A stretch of DNA of 59,386 nt, the filler included. It is 5 parts of 5 records of this genome, joined end to end, with 100 filler letters (N's around TTAATTAATTAA, not from the genome) between each part and the next. Parts side by side here need not be neighbours in the genome. Positions count along the whole stretch, not along the records: positions 1 to 20,370 come from SRR2962707_1805; positions 20,471 to 26,884 come from SRR2962707_1809; positions 26,985 to 32,212 come from SRR2962707_1810; 2 more parts are not named here. One strand, written 5' to 3'. Of this stretch, positions 18,883 through 31,954 are shown one piece after another (position 1 is the stretch's first letter; each line of letters starts with the position of its first letter). The position numbers and the translations under genes were made by a program. Below the pieces are notes generated by a model. The model was not told where the DNA came from. It saw only the letters and a program-made list of their open reading frames with translations, and ran no database searches.

Positions 18883-19683
18883 TCAGATAAGGGTATGGAT
18901 CACCATGCCGTCGTAGGCTGGCACAATGTGGTCGGGGGTTTCAGCATCAAGCGCGGTATAGTCGAGGTCGATGTGCATGTTGGTCAGGACCGCGCGTTTC
19001 GGCTGTGCCCGGTCGATCCATTCAAGGGATTGGGCAAGGTGCGAATGGGTCGGATGCGGCGTGCGGCGCAGTGCGTCAAGGATCCAGCAATCCAGATTTG
19101 CGAGATGTGGCCAGATATCTTCGGGGATGTCTTTGACGTCCGGTAGATATGCGGTGCCGCCAATGCGGAACCCCAGCGCATCCATACCCCCGTGCCGGAC
19201 GAGGAACGGCGTCAGGGTGATATCGCCACCGGCGCCGGTGATCGTAAAAGGGCCATCGATTTCGTTCATGTCGAGGATGGGCGGATAAGAGCTGCCTTCG
19301 GGCTGGATGAACGCATAGTCAAAGCGGTCGAGTAGACTTGTTCGGGTCGGGGCATCGGCCCAGACTGGTAGGCGGTTGTGCAGATTGAACACGATCATAC
19401 GCAGATCGTCGATGCCGTGGACATGGTCCGCATGGGCGTGGGTATAGGCGACTGCGTCCAGCGTGCCGATGTTCGCATCCAGCAACTGCGCACGCATGTC
19501 TGGCGAGGTGTCGATCAGCACACGTGTGATGCCACCCTGAGCTTCACGTTCGATCAGAAGCGAACAGCGACGGCGTACGTTTTTGGGATTAGCCGGGTCG
19601 CATTCGCCCCAGTGCCCGCCAAGACGCGGGACACCACCCGAAGATCCGCAGCCAAGAATGGTAAATCGCAGTTCCGGCGTCAT
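18883..19683 (-). CDS. MBL-fold metallo-hydrolase (PhnP-like)
   Basis: LGCGSSGGVP, LIDTSPD, THAHADHVHGIDDLR, HPTH, AYDGM. Confidence 0.92.
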   Translation of the reverse strand: MTPELRFTILGCGSSGGVPRLGGHWGECDPANPKNVRRRCSLLIEREAQGGITRVLIDTSPDMRAQLLDANIGTLDAVAYTHAHADHVHGIDDLRMIVFNLHNRLPVWADAPTRTSLLDRFDYAFIQPEGSSYPPILDMNEIDGPFTITGAGGDITLTPFLVRHGGMDALGFRIGGTAYLPDVKDIPEDIWPHLANLDCWILDALRRTPHPTHSHLAQSLEWIDRAQPKRAVLTNMHIDLDYTALDAETPDHIVPAYDGMVIHTLI

Positions 19684-20370
19684 GCGGCGGCCCTGTAGGC
19701 TGCGACCTTGGCAAAAAGGCGTTCAAAGTTCTGTTCGGTCTGGGCCGCGAATTCGGCGTAGTCGAGCCCAAATACTTCGGCCCCGCGCCGGGCGGTATGG
19801 GGGGTAAAGGCGGGTTCGTTCCGCTTGCCACGGTGGGGGGGCGGGGCGAGGTAGGGGCTGTCGGTTTCGACAAGGATGCGATCCTGCGGTGTTGCGGCAA
19901 AGATATCGCGCAGCTCCTGTGATCTGGGGAAAGCGGCGATGCCTGACATCGAGAGATAAAAGCCGAGATCCAGCGCGGCCCTGGCCAGCGCCGCAGAGGA
20001 GGAAAAGCAGTGCATGACGCAGGAATAGGGCCTGTCGCGGTAACCCTCGGTCAGGATCTGCGCCATGTCATCGTCGGCAGCACGGGCGTGGATTATCAAG
20101 GGCAGGCCAGTTTCCTGTGCTGCCTGGATATGTACGCGCAGGCTTTGCTTTTGCGCCTCGGCGCTGTCAGCGGTGTAGTGATAATCCAACCCTGTTTCGC
20201 CGATGGCCACAAATTTTTCGTGTCGCGCGAGAGCGATCAATTCGTCCAAGGTGACCATTGGCTCTTCGGTGACGCTCATCGGGTGGGTGCCCGCTGCATA
20301 GAATACCTGCGCATGCGCCTCGGCCAAGGCGCGCACCTGAGGTTCGTTTTTCAGCTTGGTGCAGATGGTG
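19680..20370 (-). CDS. tatD: TatD family DNase (5' truncated by contig end)
   Basis: GTHP, IGETGLDY, IIHAR.AD, VMHCFS, VETDSPYLAP..RGKRNEP. Confidence 0.92.
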
Positions 20371-20470
20371 NNNNNNNNNNNNNNNNNNNNNNNNNNNNNN
20401 NNNNNNNNNNNNNNTTAATTAATTAANNNNNNNNNNNNNNNNNNNNNNNNNNNNNNNNNNNNNNNNNNNN
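20371..20470. other. Artificial contig-joining spacer
   Basis: N-run containing TTAATTAATTAA (stops in all six frames); sequence character changes across it. Confidence 0.98.
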
Positions 20471-20517
20471 GCAGTAGCAGCAGCAGCAGCAGCAACAACA
20501 GCCACCACCACCACCAC
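20471..20517 (+). repeat. (CAG)n/(CAA)n/(CCA)n trinucleotide microsatellite at contig start
   Basis: gcagtagcagcagcagcagcagcaacaacagccaccaccaccacc. Confidence 0.85.
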
Positions 20518-20691
20518 GCCCAATCCGGAAGAACCCGCAGTGCTTCTGACCACGCCACTCCAAAAATCAGCGCGACACGCAGCCCAAGGGCTGCGGCTGC
20601 TGCTCGTTCAAAACGGAGCCGGCAGCAGCCATCCTTTAGCAGTCAGCGTGCGGGAGCTCCACCGGCTTCGCCCAGTCGCTCAGCGGCGACG

Positions 20692-23600
20692 GTGATCTCT
20701 TCGAACTCTGCAGATTCGTTTTCTTCGATGTCATCTAGTGCTTCCACTGCTTCGACTTCGCTGCCTGCCACGGGGTTGCTGCTCATGGGGAAGGCTCAGG
20801 AAGCGCGCGTCCAGCAGCAGCAGAACACGCTGTCCTCGCAGCTGTTCGAAAAACTCAGTAAACGCATGGGCGGGCTCATCGGCCCCACTGCTGCTGCTGC
20901 TGCTGCTGCAAGGTCGAAGGAAACGAATCAGGGCAGAATGAAAGAACAGGGCATGTTGGCCAAGTTTGAGCCAAAGGGCGGTTCTGGCAATGGGCAGGAC
21001 GCTGGATCGCCTGGGATCGAACGGAGGTCCTCGTCATCTTTGAGCCATGAGGAGCTTGCCGAGAGGCTGTCGCACCAGCTTCACTACCGTGCAACAGTGG
21101 CAAAAGCCAAAAACAAAGAGCAAGAAACCAAGACCGATCGATCTGGTTTGGGAGCTCGAAGTGGAGCCTCGACAGCTCCAAGCACACCGAAAGGTCGTTT
21201 CCGCGGAAGAGGCATCAGCTCCAGTCCGGTCAGAAATGCACGCACTCGAAGCCCCCCTTCGCCGTCATCGAGAACAACATCACTTGAAGTAAGAGAAAGG
21301 CAGCTTCGGGACGAACTTGAACGGCGAGGACAGGATTTGCTACGGCGTCACGAAGCTCGAAAGGCGGCCGGCAAACCAACCAACATTATCCCTTACATTC
21401 CACCTGCCCCAGAGCAAAAGGGTCATTACAATTCGCAGCAGCGCCCGAAACCAGACGTTCACCAACCTCCAGGAAGCCCACACAGGTACAGGAACCTCAA
21501 ATTGCCAGCAGATCCGCAGCATTCCGGTAATTTTTCGTCGGCGGGTCGAGGGTCATCCCCAAGCAACACGTTGTCTTCACACCATCGACAAGTCGGATCT
21601 GCATCGAATGGTGGACTACAGGCGCTGACCTCCCCAAGCCATAAAGGAGGAACCACACCAGGGCTTGGAAGTTTGAGTGATCTGGGCATCCTTGGGACCC
21701 GAAAACAGATTGCGCCCCCGCCAAAGTCAAAGCGTCGAATTGCTCATGCTGGCTGGGAAAATCGTGCTGGCGCTGGAGCTGGGACGGAGGATGGCACGGT
21801 TAATGGAGCTCGTGACAGTGGCAGCGGATCAATCGTTGGAGCAGATGGCAGCGAGGGTACTGCACAAAGCTACGAGCGACCGCGGCATCGCCGTTTGCGA
21901 CTTCGTGAGAAAATTGTTGCAGTGCTTGATCGAATCAACGATGCAAACGTGCCAATCGTTGCAGCAGGCGCTTGCCGGTCCGTGCTGACCGCCTTTCTGC
22001 ATGCCGTCGGCCTTTTTGTCACTTCTATTGCGCCATTCAAACGTCCTTCTGCTTGCGCCCGACTTGCACTTTGCGCTGGTATTGAATGACCTGCAGGTAT
22101 GATCTTGGTGAGAAGAATCGCATTATCAGTGACAAGAAGGATAGATGCACCATTCAGGTGGGACATCTCAGCGTCGGGACAGAAGAAGGAAACATGTACA
22201 ACGTCGAAGTCGTGATCAAGAACCAGATTGTGTCCTCTGACAGCGACGATTTTGAAGAGGTGCTCGAAGACTTTTGTATTGAGTGTGTTACTGGATGGGC
22301 TGTTTCCAAATTCAAAGACTACTGGGAAGCATCGTTTCACAAGTAAGTGGACGAAGCCTGTATTTGTTGTGAACCCACTCCACCCAACAGATAAATCCGT
22401 TTCAAGCCATTGTACCCCCGAAATAACCACGTGTGTGCGTGCAGGTACGACGATGACGCCGATATCAACTCAGAATTTGATGCTGAGGACGAATTCGAAG
22501 ATGACTCTGTGTCTCACGGGTCGGGTGACAACATTTTCTTGTCACTGGCCCAGGGTCGAGAGGAGGTGGACGACGACTTTGGTGGTAAGGGTGGGCACCG
22601 AAACCGTGCAGCCACCACAAACACAGCCTTGGCACAGTACCTGATGGGCAGCAACTCGCAAACCCTTTTGACGCTTATCCAGCACGCGCGACGCTGGACG
22701 AATTCGTTGGTCCCAGCTGCCAAAAAGACCAGAATTAATACGACTTTTGCCGCTGCAGTGGAGCGAGTTGGTACGAGCGTTTGTTGAATCATAGGACGTG
22801 CTGGGAAGAACTTTGTGGTTGCTTGCCATACTTCTGCGTTGCGGCAATTGCCGTGCCCATTCGGGCCATTGAATCCAGGCTCGCCGACTCGTACACGTTT
22901 CTGCGACTCACGAGCTTTTTTGTTTCCTGGCTTAGGGTCACGTGATGACGAGGACTACAACCCGGAAATACACAAGTACAATTTGTTGATCGTGATGCAA
23001 TTCTCCCGGCCCGCGTTTCCGCCCTCGTACCGTACGGCATCGCGTCTAAGCATGGACTTGGCAGATTGGGTCCAGGCTGATTCCTTCTGGAAATGCATTC
23101 GTGAAGGCGGAGGCGACACCGGGGAACGTGCTGTGTCGCGTATTTCGTTCTTGGATGATGAGGGCAACACCTTCATTTACAACATGGAAGAAGCGATGAA
23201 AAACCACATTTGCCTTGAGCTGGCAAAGGCTTTGGTAGAGCTTTGGCGCACAGGTGTGCAGCTATGTGCCACGGATGTACGCGTTTTGCCATGAGCGTGC
23301 CAGCCTGCTGTTGTTACTGATCGTTTGTGGGCATCTTTGTAGGTTATTTGCACTGCGACATCAAGCCGGCCAATTTCATTGTTTGCGCTAATGACTACCA
23401 GAGCAAAACTGCACGGCGACGGACTACGCGACGATTTGCTTCGAATTGCAAAAACATCAAGCTCAAACTGATCGACTTCGGGGAAGGTGGGCGGAAAAGC
23501 GAGATTCAGGTCAGTAGGTAGTGCTTGATTTTTCATTGACCGACCTCAGAGAAGGAAAAAATCGTCAGTGTTGTGCATTGAACTATTTGTGGCGCATTGG

Positions 23601-24552
23601 TAGGGAATTATTGCCGGAACGGATTGGTACATGGCTCCAGAAATGAAAGACTTCGGCACTCCGTCCATTCAGTCGGAAGTCTATTCCACGGGCGTGTCAA
23701 TGATTGAAATTTGGTCAGTGTTATAGCACCTGGTTCATTGGGTGGGAGCGGACACTGGAACATATCACTTGCCAGCGTGTATATTGAATGCCGAATGGGA
23801 ATACCTAACGTGAGTTTTTTTGGACACCTTGTTGTCCAGGTATGGCGAGCTTTGGGACGGGAAGCGCAGCGCTGCAAAGTGCCTCAGCGATGCGATCACC
23901 AATATTTCTGCGTACGTTCATGCTACAGCGTGGGATTTTCATTGTTGGTAGCGACTCAATGTTCGTGTTTCAAGGTGAATTGCACATTACCGAATTTAGG
24001 CGAAATTCCATCGTTGGTCAATTTTTGCAACGTTGTCTCGCAAAAGATCCTGAAAACCGGCCCTACCCGTATGATCTCTACACGTTCTTTGCGGGTCAGT
24101 GCCGCGCCGAGAGTGCAATTCACTTTGGGGGTGACGCAGGTACGGTGTTTCATGCTGCCTGTTTAAGTTTGCTCAAGTCTGGCGGACATGTTGGTGTCTT
24201 TACAATATGATGTGTGCGGGCGCCGATTCGTGTACATTGTGTGCACAGGCCACACTTCAAGCACAGGTGGCGTGCGAAAGACGCTGGAGGATCAAGAATT
24301 GCGGCTCCGAGAACAAGAGGCGAAACAGCAGCGCCGGTTCGTATGCGAGGCATTTGCGAGACGGCGATTGTGGTGGAACTTGTCTTGACAGAGAGGCAGT
24401 TTCAGTCTCACCAGATGTGTGCTGCTGGTCTGCGTGGGCGTGGTAGGCGTGAAGAGCAGGAGATGAAAAAACTGGAAAGGCGAAGAGCGGAACAACAACG
24501 ACGAGACAAGTACAGGCGCCAGCGCCAACACGGCAACGGAGGGGGGGAGTGA
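20692..24552 (+). CDS. Eukaryotic multi-exon protein kinase with long low-complexity N-terminus (true start may lie upstream)
   Basis: Frame-consistent GT-AG introns 21978-22096, 22343-22444, 22771-22935, 23254-23342, 23510-23603 and further ones. Spliced product has GYLHCDIKPANF, KLIDFGE, GTDWYMAPEM, SEVYSTG and RCLAKDPENRP. AATAAA follows the stop near 24577. Confidence 0.75.
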
Positions 24553-24608
24553 AGTCACCTCGAAAACCATTGTATTAATAAAACTTATTTATATTTTGCA
24601 AAACTCGC

Positions 24609-26859
24609 TCAACACTTGTATGGGTAGTTCCAGAGACTTGCGGTGAAACCTAAATTTTGAGCTGCAGCCTGCATGGAAAGTGGCAGGTCGGCAAAGCACT
24701 CGTTCACCGACGGTGGGGTGCCACCAGAATTCCACATCGATGACGTGTATCCCAACGTCGTCCAGTACGTCTGCCAATCGCAGCCAAAAAATTGCGCAAG
24801 CAACATTACTCATCAGCCCGCAAACTGGGAATGAAAAATGTGAGTCACTGCAGGAACAACGTGGTGCTTCTACCTTTTGAGATGAGCTGAGAGCGCTCCA
24901 AGTGTACGAAGTATCGTCCCAGCAGATGCGTTTGGTGCTGTCGGTGGGCACAGTGGGACAATCATCACACGCTGGCGTCAGAGAGTAATATCTATGGCAG
25001 AAAAAACATACAACGCACACACCCTTTTAAACTACAAAACATGTGCGAACAAAGGTTGGCTTGCAAAGAGACCCAAAGAGGCTCAATCGCTTTTTGGTCA
25101 AGAGCTGCACTGGACACTTACGTCGAACAATACTCCCCCGGGCGATAGCCGGTGACATATTGACGGCCACCGTTCTTGGACGCCAAGACCGCGACAGCAA
25201 TGATGGTTGCAAGGACTACGACAAACACAATCACGGAGACAACTCCGACACACGTGCGGCGAGTGTTGTCTTCAAGTGACGAAGTACTGCGAACAGTAAC
25301 CTCAACAACACCGACGGATATTTGAAATGAGGCCTCCTCAAGGGAAGAGTAGAAATCAAAGCCCTCAGGGCTTGACCACGCTTTTGAATCGTCCGGGGTG
25401 GTGCCAGTGGGAGGAACCAACTGTGCATTTGCGTGTTTAGGAATTGCAGCAAAAAATGGGATACGTCGGAAACAACCGATACGCACACACACATACATAC
25501 ATGCATACATTCATACAACATGCATGGCATATATACATCATGCATACGCCACTTCCAGTATTACCCTACAACCATGCTTGACCACAACATGGGCGAAAAA
25601 TGGTGACGACTTGCCTGCTGTGCCAATGGGATCGTCGCATCGTCGGGCACAACGACTTCCAGCGCCTCTCCAGCCGCGACACCCTCAGGTACACGGACTT
25701 GCAGCGCTTCGACTGAGCCAGTAATATCAGTGCCGACGTCAAAAGTGTCACCGGCATTGCAGCCGTCAGGAACAGTCACCACCACCACTCGGGGTGACAC
25801 CGTCACCTCCTGACCAAGGAACTGCTCGTGCTCCCAACGTGGTCCCTTGCCTTCGGCACCGACCTGGAGGGCCATACAAATGAGGTCAACACCGCAAACG
25901 CCGCCAAAATAAGGAATGCACACTATTTGTTACCAACAAAACCGATCATCACCAACCCCAAGCCGTTGTTCGCCACAGATTCGTACCTGCACCATGTCAA
26001 TGGTGAACGTAGAATCGACTACCGTCGCATCATTCTGGGTGCGCAGGGCTAGTGCAGCTTCTCCCCACGATTCGAGTGCGTCCACCACATGCTTCAGTGT
26101 CAAGGCAGATGTGGCTGGAATGTGCACAATGACATTGTCCGGGTTGCCCTGGTCTGCCAATACCGTCAGATACGCGTCTTGCCCTGGGATAAACGCGGCG
26201 GCGTCCGGCACTCCGTCTCCATCCGTATCAATGGAAGGCGCGGGATCCGTCGAACCTGGGGTTGCAAACAGATTCACCAACACATCCACACGGTCCGTGG
26301 ACGCAGGAACGGTCGCAGGAGGGATCATCAGCTCCACAGGAACATTCGACCCGGCATTCGCCGGGGCTGCAACAAGGTACTTCCGCGTGTCGCCCGGCGG
26401 GGTGAACTGGAAAACCTGGCCTGGCGCCACGTTCGGCGGCAAGAACGCAACAGACGCTGCGAACGGCACCAATGTCACGGTCAGGGTCCGCGGCTGCACC
26501 GTCGGGTCTGCCTGCAGACTCGCAAACTCTGCCCGGAAGGCGGCTGTCTCGTAGAATGGAAGTGGCGCGTACAGACCCAGACCCAGACCCAGACCCGGGG
26601 GTCCCCAGAAGTGCCTGATGCGGCGGCCGCGAAAGTACGTGCGGAACAGCGTGTGCCGATGCATTCTTCGGTTCGCAAGGCGCGCTCGAAAGCCCACTCG
26701 GTGGAAGCCCATGCGCACGCGCCGAAAGCCGCCGCCTCCCCCGAGGCGTGAACTTGTTAAAAGTTCTCGATGACGTGGGCCAAACGCGCGGCCCCCTCCT
26801 CCTCCTCCCATTCGTCGAAACCCGCCTCCTCCGATCCGGCCCATGGTTGGCACTCCCAA
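24609..26859 (-). CDS. Eukaryotic multi-exon single-pass membrane protein of unknown function
   Basis: Exons about 26859-25987, 25863-25615, 25420-25121 and two more ending YPYKC*. Gly/Arg-rich N-terminus, VTVPDG..AGD/VRVPEG..AGE repeats, TM segment VGVVSVIVFVVVLATIIAVAVLA, C-terminal LGYT...W/LGFT...W repeats. Confidence 0.6.
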
Positions 26860-26884
26860 ACAACAACAACAACAACAACAACAA
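26859..26884 (+). repeat. (CAA)n microsatellite at contig end
   Basis: aacaacaacaacaacaacaacaacaa runs into the spacer. Confidence 0.9.
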
Positions 26885-26984
26885 NNNNNNNNNNNNNNNN
26901 NNNNNNNNNNNNNNNNNNNNNNNNNNNNTTAATTAATTAANNNNNNNNNNNNNNNNNNNNNNNNNNNNNNNNNNNNNNNNNNNN
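26885..26984. other. Artificial contig-joining spacer
   Basis: N-run with TTAATTAATTAA. Confidence 0.98.
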
Positions 26985-27539
26985 AGTGAGTGTGAGTGAG
27001 AGTGAGAGTGAGTGCGCTGTGTGCGCAGACTTTCGTTGGTGAGAGCCCTAATAAATCCTTGTAGTGTTGACAGGAAATAGTCAAGTTGACTCGGAAGTTA
27101 CCCCAGCACATTGTGCAAAACCCGTTTTTATTTCGCGTATTAAGCCTGAGTCGCTTTTTTTTCAGGATCTGAAAGTGGTGAACGTCTGTCAGCCAACCCA
27201 CGTCACGCCGGCGTAGTCGGACGCCAGTCCAGTGTGTGTGGGTGCGGTAGTACACACATGCACTACGCTCATGGAACAGGCGCTGCTACGTGATGAGCAT
27301 AAACAGCTCAATTCACTTCTGAGTTGACCGTTTTTATTGGTCTTGAAATATTCTTCTGAAAAGCACCCTATACTGACCCCCAACGTTGGTAAACGACCTT
27401 TTTGTAAATTCAGACGCTCGCGAACCACAATCGATGTTCTGTATTTTCATTGGATGGTGGTTTTCCATGGCCAATGAAAATCGAAGAAAATGGTTGGCGT
27501 GTTGTCTGTGTTTTCATTGGTTTACATGGACCACCCATT

Positions 27540-30500
27540 TTATTGACCAATCAGCAACGAGTATCGGGTGCCACAAGAAGAAACAGCCACAAAGCCACAA
27601 GCGCAGAAGAGCCCAAAAAGCGCTAGGGATACAGTTTCAGCCACAGAAAAGGCGTCAGGCGTCTTGTTAGCATGCTTTGATTGACAGGCACGCACAGCAT
27701 TACTATGTTTGAACGACGGGGGCGGACTGTCAAAACTATACGGTGAAAGACACAGTTTGGAGCCTGATTGACACCTTCTGGAGCCATTCAATAAACCAGT
27801 CGGGAGTGTTACAATGTTCACGAGAGGGGGGCGTAGTTGTAGCATCCGCTTCCCGATAGATCGACTGTGCGGATCTCAACTCTTCGAAAAAGCACCATAA
27901 CCTGTGCATGTGGCATCGCCATTTTTTTCGAACGCCAGCACACCACCCGGGCTGTAGAAATTGAAGTCAAGCCCAACGAAGACTTCCATACACCACACGT
28001 GACATGCATCACATAACATAAATACACATAACATACATCACTTCCAAACAATTATGCTGAGTTCAATGACCTTATTTATTTATATTCCGTTCCCGGCTTC
28101 ACACAGGGTGCACGCCAAACTACAACTTCCGCTTCACTCCTAATGGTTCGCTGGGCGCGCCAAAAGCACTCCATCCACCATTTCCAGCGTGATCCTGGTT
28201 GCTTCTCGCCCTCACGCGAAAGCGATACTTCCGCGATGGCTCCAGCTGCGTGGAAAACCATGTGAGGGCAAGAGATTGCGGATAATTTTCAGGAACGTCA
28301 ATATTGCCTTGGTCAACCCACTCCTCTTCCTCACGGTCCACGTCCCGATCGCCACTCTTGGCATCTTCAAGTAAACTCTGAATATTGTACGACTCGATCC
28401 GGTACGGTGCTGTCAAAATGCGGCTGGGATCCCACGACACTGCAATTTTCGTGAACGTGTGGGAAGCAGTCTGATGCGTAAGATGGGGCCGATCGGCAAC
28501 GAAGCACGCCAAGAATGCGAAAAGATTACTAAACGTGTGTCTGGAAAGGCATGAACAGACAGTATGTGGGAGCTAAAATACAATGAAGATCCACACCTGA
28601 TGAAACCGAAACACTGGCAATGGTTCAGCATCGGCAGTTGATGACTGGTAAGGTACCCCTGCAAATAGATAGGGCAACAAAGTACATACAGTCAGATCAA
28701 CCGTCCTGACAGAAAAAAAAAAGCAACATGAGTCTGCAGCATGGCGGTGTGCTGACATCGCACCTGGTGGAGCAATTGCTGCTGTGCGCACAACGGCAGA
28801 TTGAACGCCAACGTCGCCCCAGCCAACACGATTGTGAGCAGAAACCCGAAACTTGTAATCTGTCAGAAAATCAAGACCAAGGACCTACAAACAAGGCCCA
28901 ACTCAGCCACCGACAAGGCTCTCAAATCCCACGACATGTGTTTCATAAGTACTTACTTCATAATGCCTTGCTCTGTGTGAAATGTCATCGTCAACTACCT
29001 GCCAATTCTGGCGTGGCAGTGCATCGACCGGCGCATCGGTACGATCCGGCAGCTTACAACCAAGCACATAAGCAGAAGTAATAAGTCGGCTGGGAGGTGA
29101 AAAGCATGCATCACAGGCACAATCCCAAACAGCCTTCCAAGCCGCAAATCAAACATTCCGAACAGGGTACCTGGTAATCAGGCGGTGCATGCTGCATGTC
29201 TGGGGACTCAAGGTCAAACCCGCGGCGGTCAGGCTGCTCTTCTTCAGGTTGAATCTGCATTTCGAGCTACATAAAACGAACATCAAAGAACTGTTTCAGA
29301 ACTCACGCCACGCAAAACTGGGGCACTGTCAAGTAAGATACAAAAAACATCATGCTGCGCCAACTCGACTTGCCTGATACGAGTCGATGTAAGCCCCATT
29401 CTCTAAAGGTTCCTGCCACCCAACGACAACTTTGTTGTAGTCAATGTGCAGCACAATCGGGGGTGCCATGCGATCTGGGAAAGTCTTTGGCAAGGCCACG
29501 ATCTCAGACGCAATCCCATCAGACCATTCCGCCCACCCAAAGTCGGGGTGGAATGATCGGCAGCGAAAGAGGTAGTCCTGTGCAATCCCATGCCCCGGAA
29601 AAAAATGAATCCATCATTCGGCAAAAAAAAACAATTCCGGTGGTGTACCGGTACTGTGCTACTCACCTCATTGGGCTGAAGTACTGGACGCGCTTCATCG
29701 CCCGGGTGAAAACCAGCAGAACTTGTGCCCGGGGGGGGGACATGGCCCTCAGCCACAAATACTTCACAATTAATGGAGTCCGACAAGCTGATCCAATACC
29801 TTCAACCACGGTACATGGAATGCATTTTGCGGTGGTTCAATGCGAAGAACAACCATATTGGTTGCACAAAGAACTTCCAACGATTCATACACACTTCTGA
29901 GGGATCGTGATGGGGTCAATCTCATCCTTTAGGGAGTAAAACAGTCCTGGCACATCCCGTAGCCGTGCAACTTCCACCTGTCAGTAATGCAAGCGTTGGT
30001 CATTGCAGCACACCGGTGCTGGCCACCGCTAGTCGCCCCAACATTAAAGCAACACACTGCACACGACATTCAAAAAAAAATATCCACACCTGGAAGCGAA
30101 AAATCAACTTGTCGGTCCGAGCCTTTCCCCACGACATTGTCACAGATCGCGGAGTGCAAGAAACTATTGTAATCGCCTTGTACGTCCAAATTTCTTCACT
30201 CTCGACGCTGTAATCACCCCAGCCCGCTCGATTTCGAGCGCGAACCCGAAAAATATGGCAGTCTCCTGCGGTCAGTTTAAACAACTTCAAGTCCGTTTCG
30301 AGCACCAGCTTGTACGACTTCCATTCTTGGCTGTGGCATGCCCGCGACGTGGGACCACGTTTCATCTGGATCTCGTACTGCAGCACAGGGGCTCCATTCA
30401 GCACGGGTTCATACCTTTTGATCACACAAGGTCAGCAATCCAAGCTTGACCGATAACAGTTCCTAAGACGACAAAAACTCAACATTTTTAACGGTGGAGA

Positions 30501-31954
30501 AAGTGCGCAAAGATGCACGCACCATCGCAACGCCACAGTACTTGGAGTAGTTGTGATGCTAAAGGGCGCGGGATCTGGTGCTTCTGGCGGTGCAATGGGT
30601 GAAGTGTAAATGAGTGTGGACGTCCAAGGACTCCAGCCAATAAGGTTTCGGCCTCGAGTACGCAGAAGATACCTGCATAAATCACATCCATACCATCCAC
30701 GCATATTTTACGAAGTCACATCCAACAAGCAAACCTCGGGCAAAACTCGCTTCGGGGACAGATTCTCGGACACACGCACGTCTGCGCTGGCAGCAGCCCA
30801 GTTCCATCATCGTTCCACACAAGTTGCACTGAGAAATACTGCTGGTATCTAGACCCCCACGCGTTGCCGCGTGGCAGCGGAAGAAGACATTCACGAATGC
30901 ACACAGAAATTAATCACACATCCGCACTAGCCCTGGCGCTAACACATATGCAGTCAACTTTTGACTCTGGCGCTGTGCGTGATACCCTTGAAAAAGGCTC
31001 AACTTACATTGCATCTTCAGCTGGAACCTGAATCACCTGCCAATCTTTCGCTTCTCGGATATGAGGAGCAGCACGCTCGTCGTCGCATGGCTCTCGCATC
31101 CGCCACACAAACTCATATTCCAAAACTGGAACTCGATCCTGGGGATCGGCGATGGACTTGAAGAATGTAAACGTGATGCACTTTTCCGAAAGCCACTGGG
31201 TGCTATCAACGGTGAGGTTTCCCGGGGGAGTAGGCGGGTCGTAAAACATCACCTGCAAGACACACACAAAGCCACAACGTGGAGGTTGAAACCCATGCTG
31301 CTGAGCAGGGCACAAGAAAAAACGGAGCAGGGTAAACGATTGCTCATTGGTTGCACAGACCTCCGCATCCCATTTCTGCATCTGTCGAGCGTAGTCCAAA
31401 GGCGTTTTGTTGGCAGAATTGATAGGGTCGCGCAAGGCCTCGCACTTCTTCAGCAAGTACTCAGCAATATCCGCTCGCCCCGCGAGCGCGGCAAAGTGCA
31501 GCGGAGTGTCCAACGACGTTTCTGGTTTCTCCACCAGGACCCCAACAGGCCGTCTCTGCGTCCCGCCGCGACTACCACCGCCACCAACATTCGAGCTTTT
31601 CCGTGCAAAGTTCTTGCGTTTGTCCAAAACCCGTGGGATGTTTACGTCCGCTCCTGCCTCCACCAATAACTGCACCATGCCCATGTGGCCCTGGTCGACA
31701 GCGCCGTGTAACGCCGAGTACCCGAGCACGGGGTGCAGTGAATTGACCTCCTGACCTTTGTCCAGCAACAGCCGCACGGTCTGCGCGTCGTTTCGAATAG
31801 CAGCCTCCACCAGTCGACTCGCACTCAAGTGCTGCGGGACAGTGCGAGGGTCAACAACGACGAGGTTTCGCTCTGCCTCCTCTTTCGCAGCCTTCTGCTG
31901 CGCGAGCTTCCAGCTTCTGCGAAGTGCGTTCGTCATGGCTAATGTCTTGTGCAC
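27540..31954 (-). CDS. Eukaryotic multi-exon ankyrin-repeat + fibronectin type III domain protein (ends approximate)
   Basis: Ankyrin repeats (GYSALHGAVDQGHMGMVQLLVEAGADVN, DTPLHFAALAGRADIAEYLL, KTPLDYA) at 31400-31800. FN3 signatures RTRGRNLIGWSPW (~30640), FRVRARNRAGWGDYS (~30230) and YRFRVRAR...GWSAF (~28200). Pieces separated by GT-AG intron-like gaps. Confidence 0.65.

Noticed and set aside
20415-20426. TTAATTAATTAA palindrome repeated four times in the window
   Set aside because: Artificial six-frame-stop linker inside N spacers
25480-25548. (ACAT)n-like repeat as a possible array or element
   Set aside because: Degenerate intronic microsatellite with no repeat-spacer structure; no CRISPR array or cas gene seen anywhere in the window
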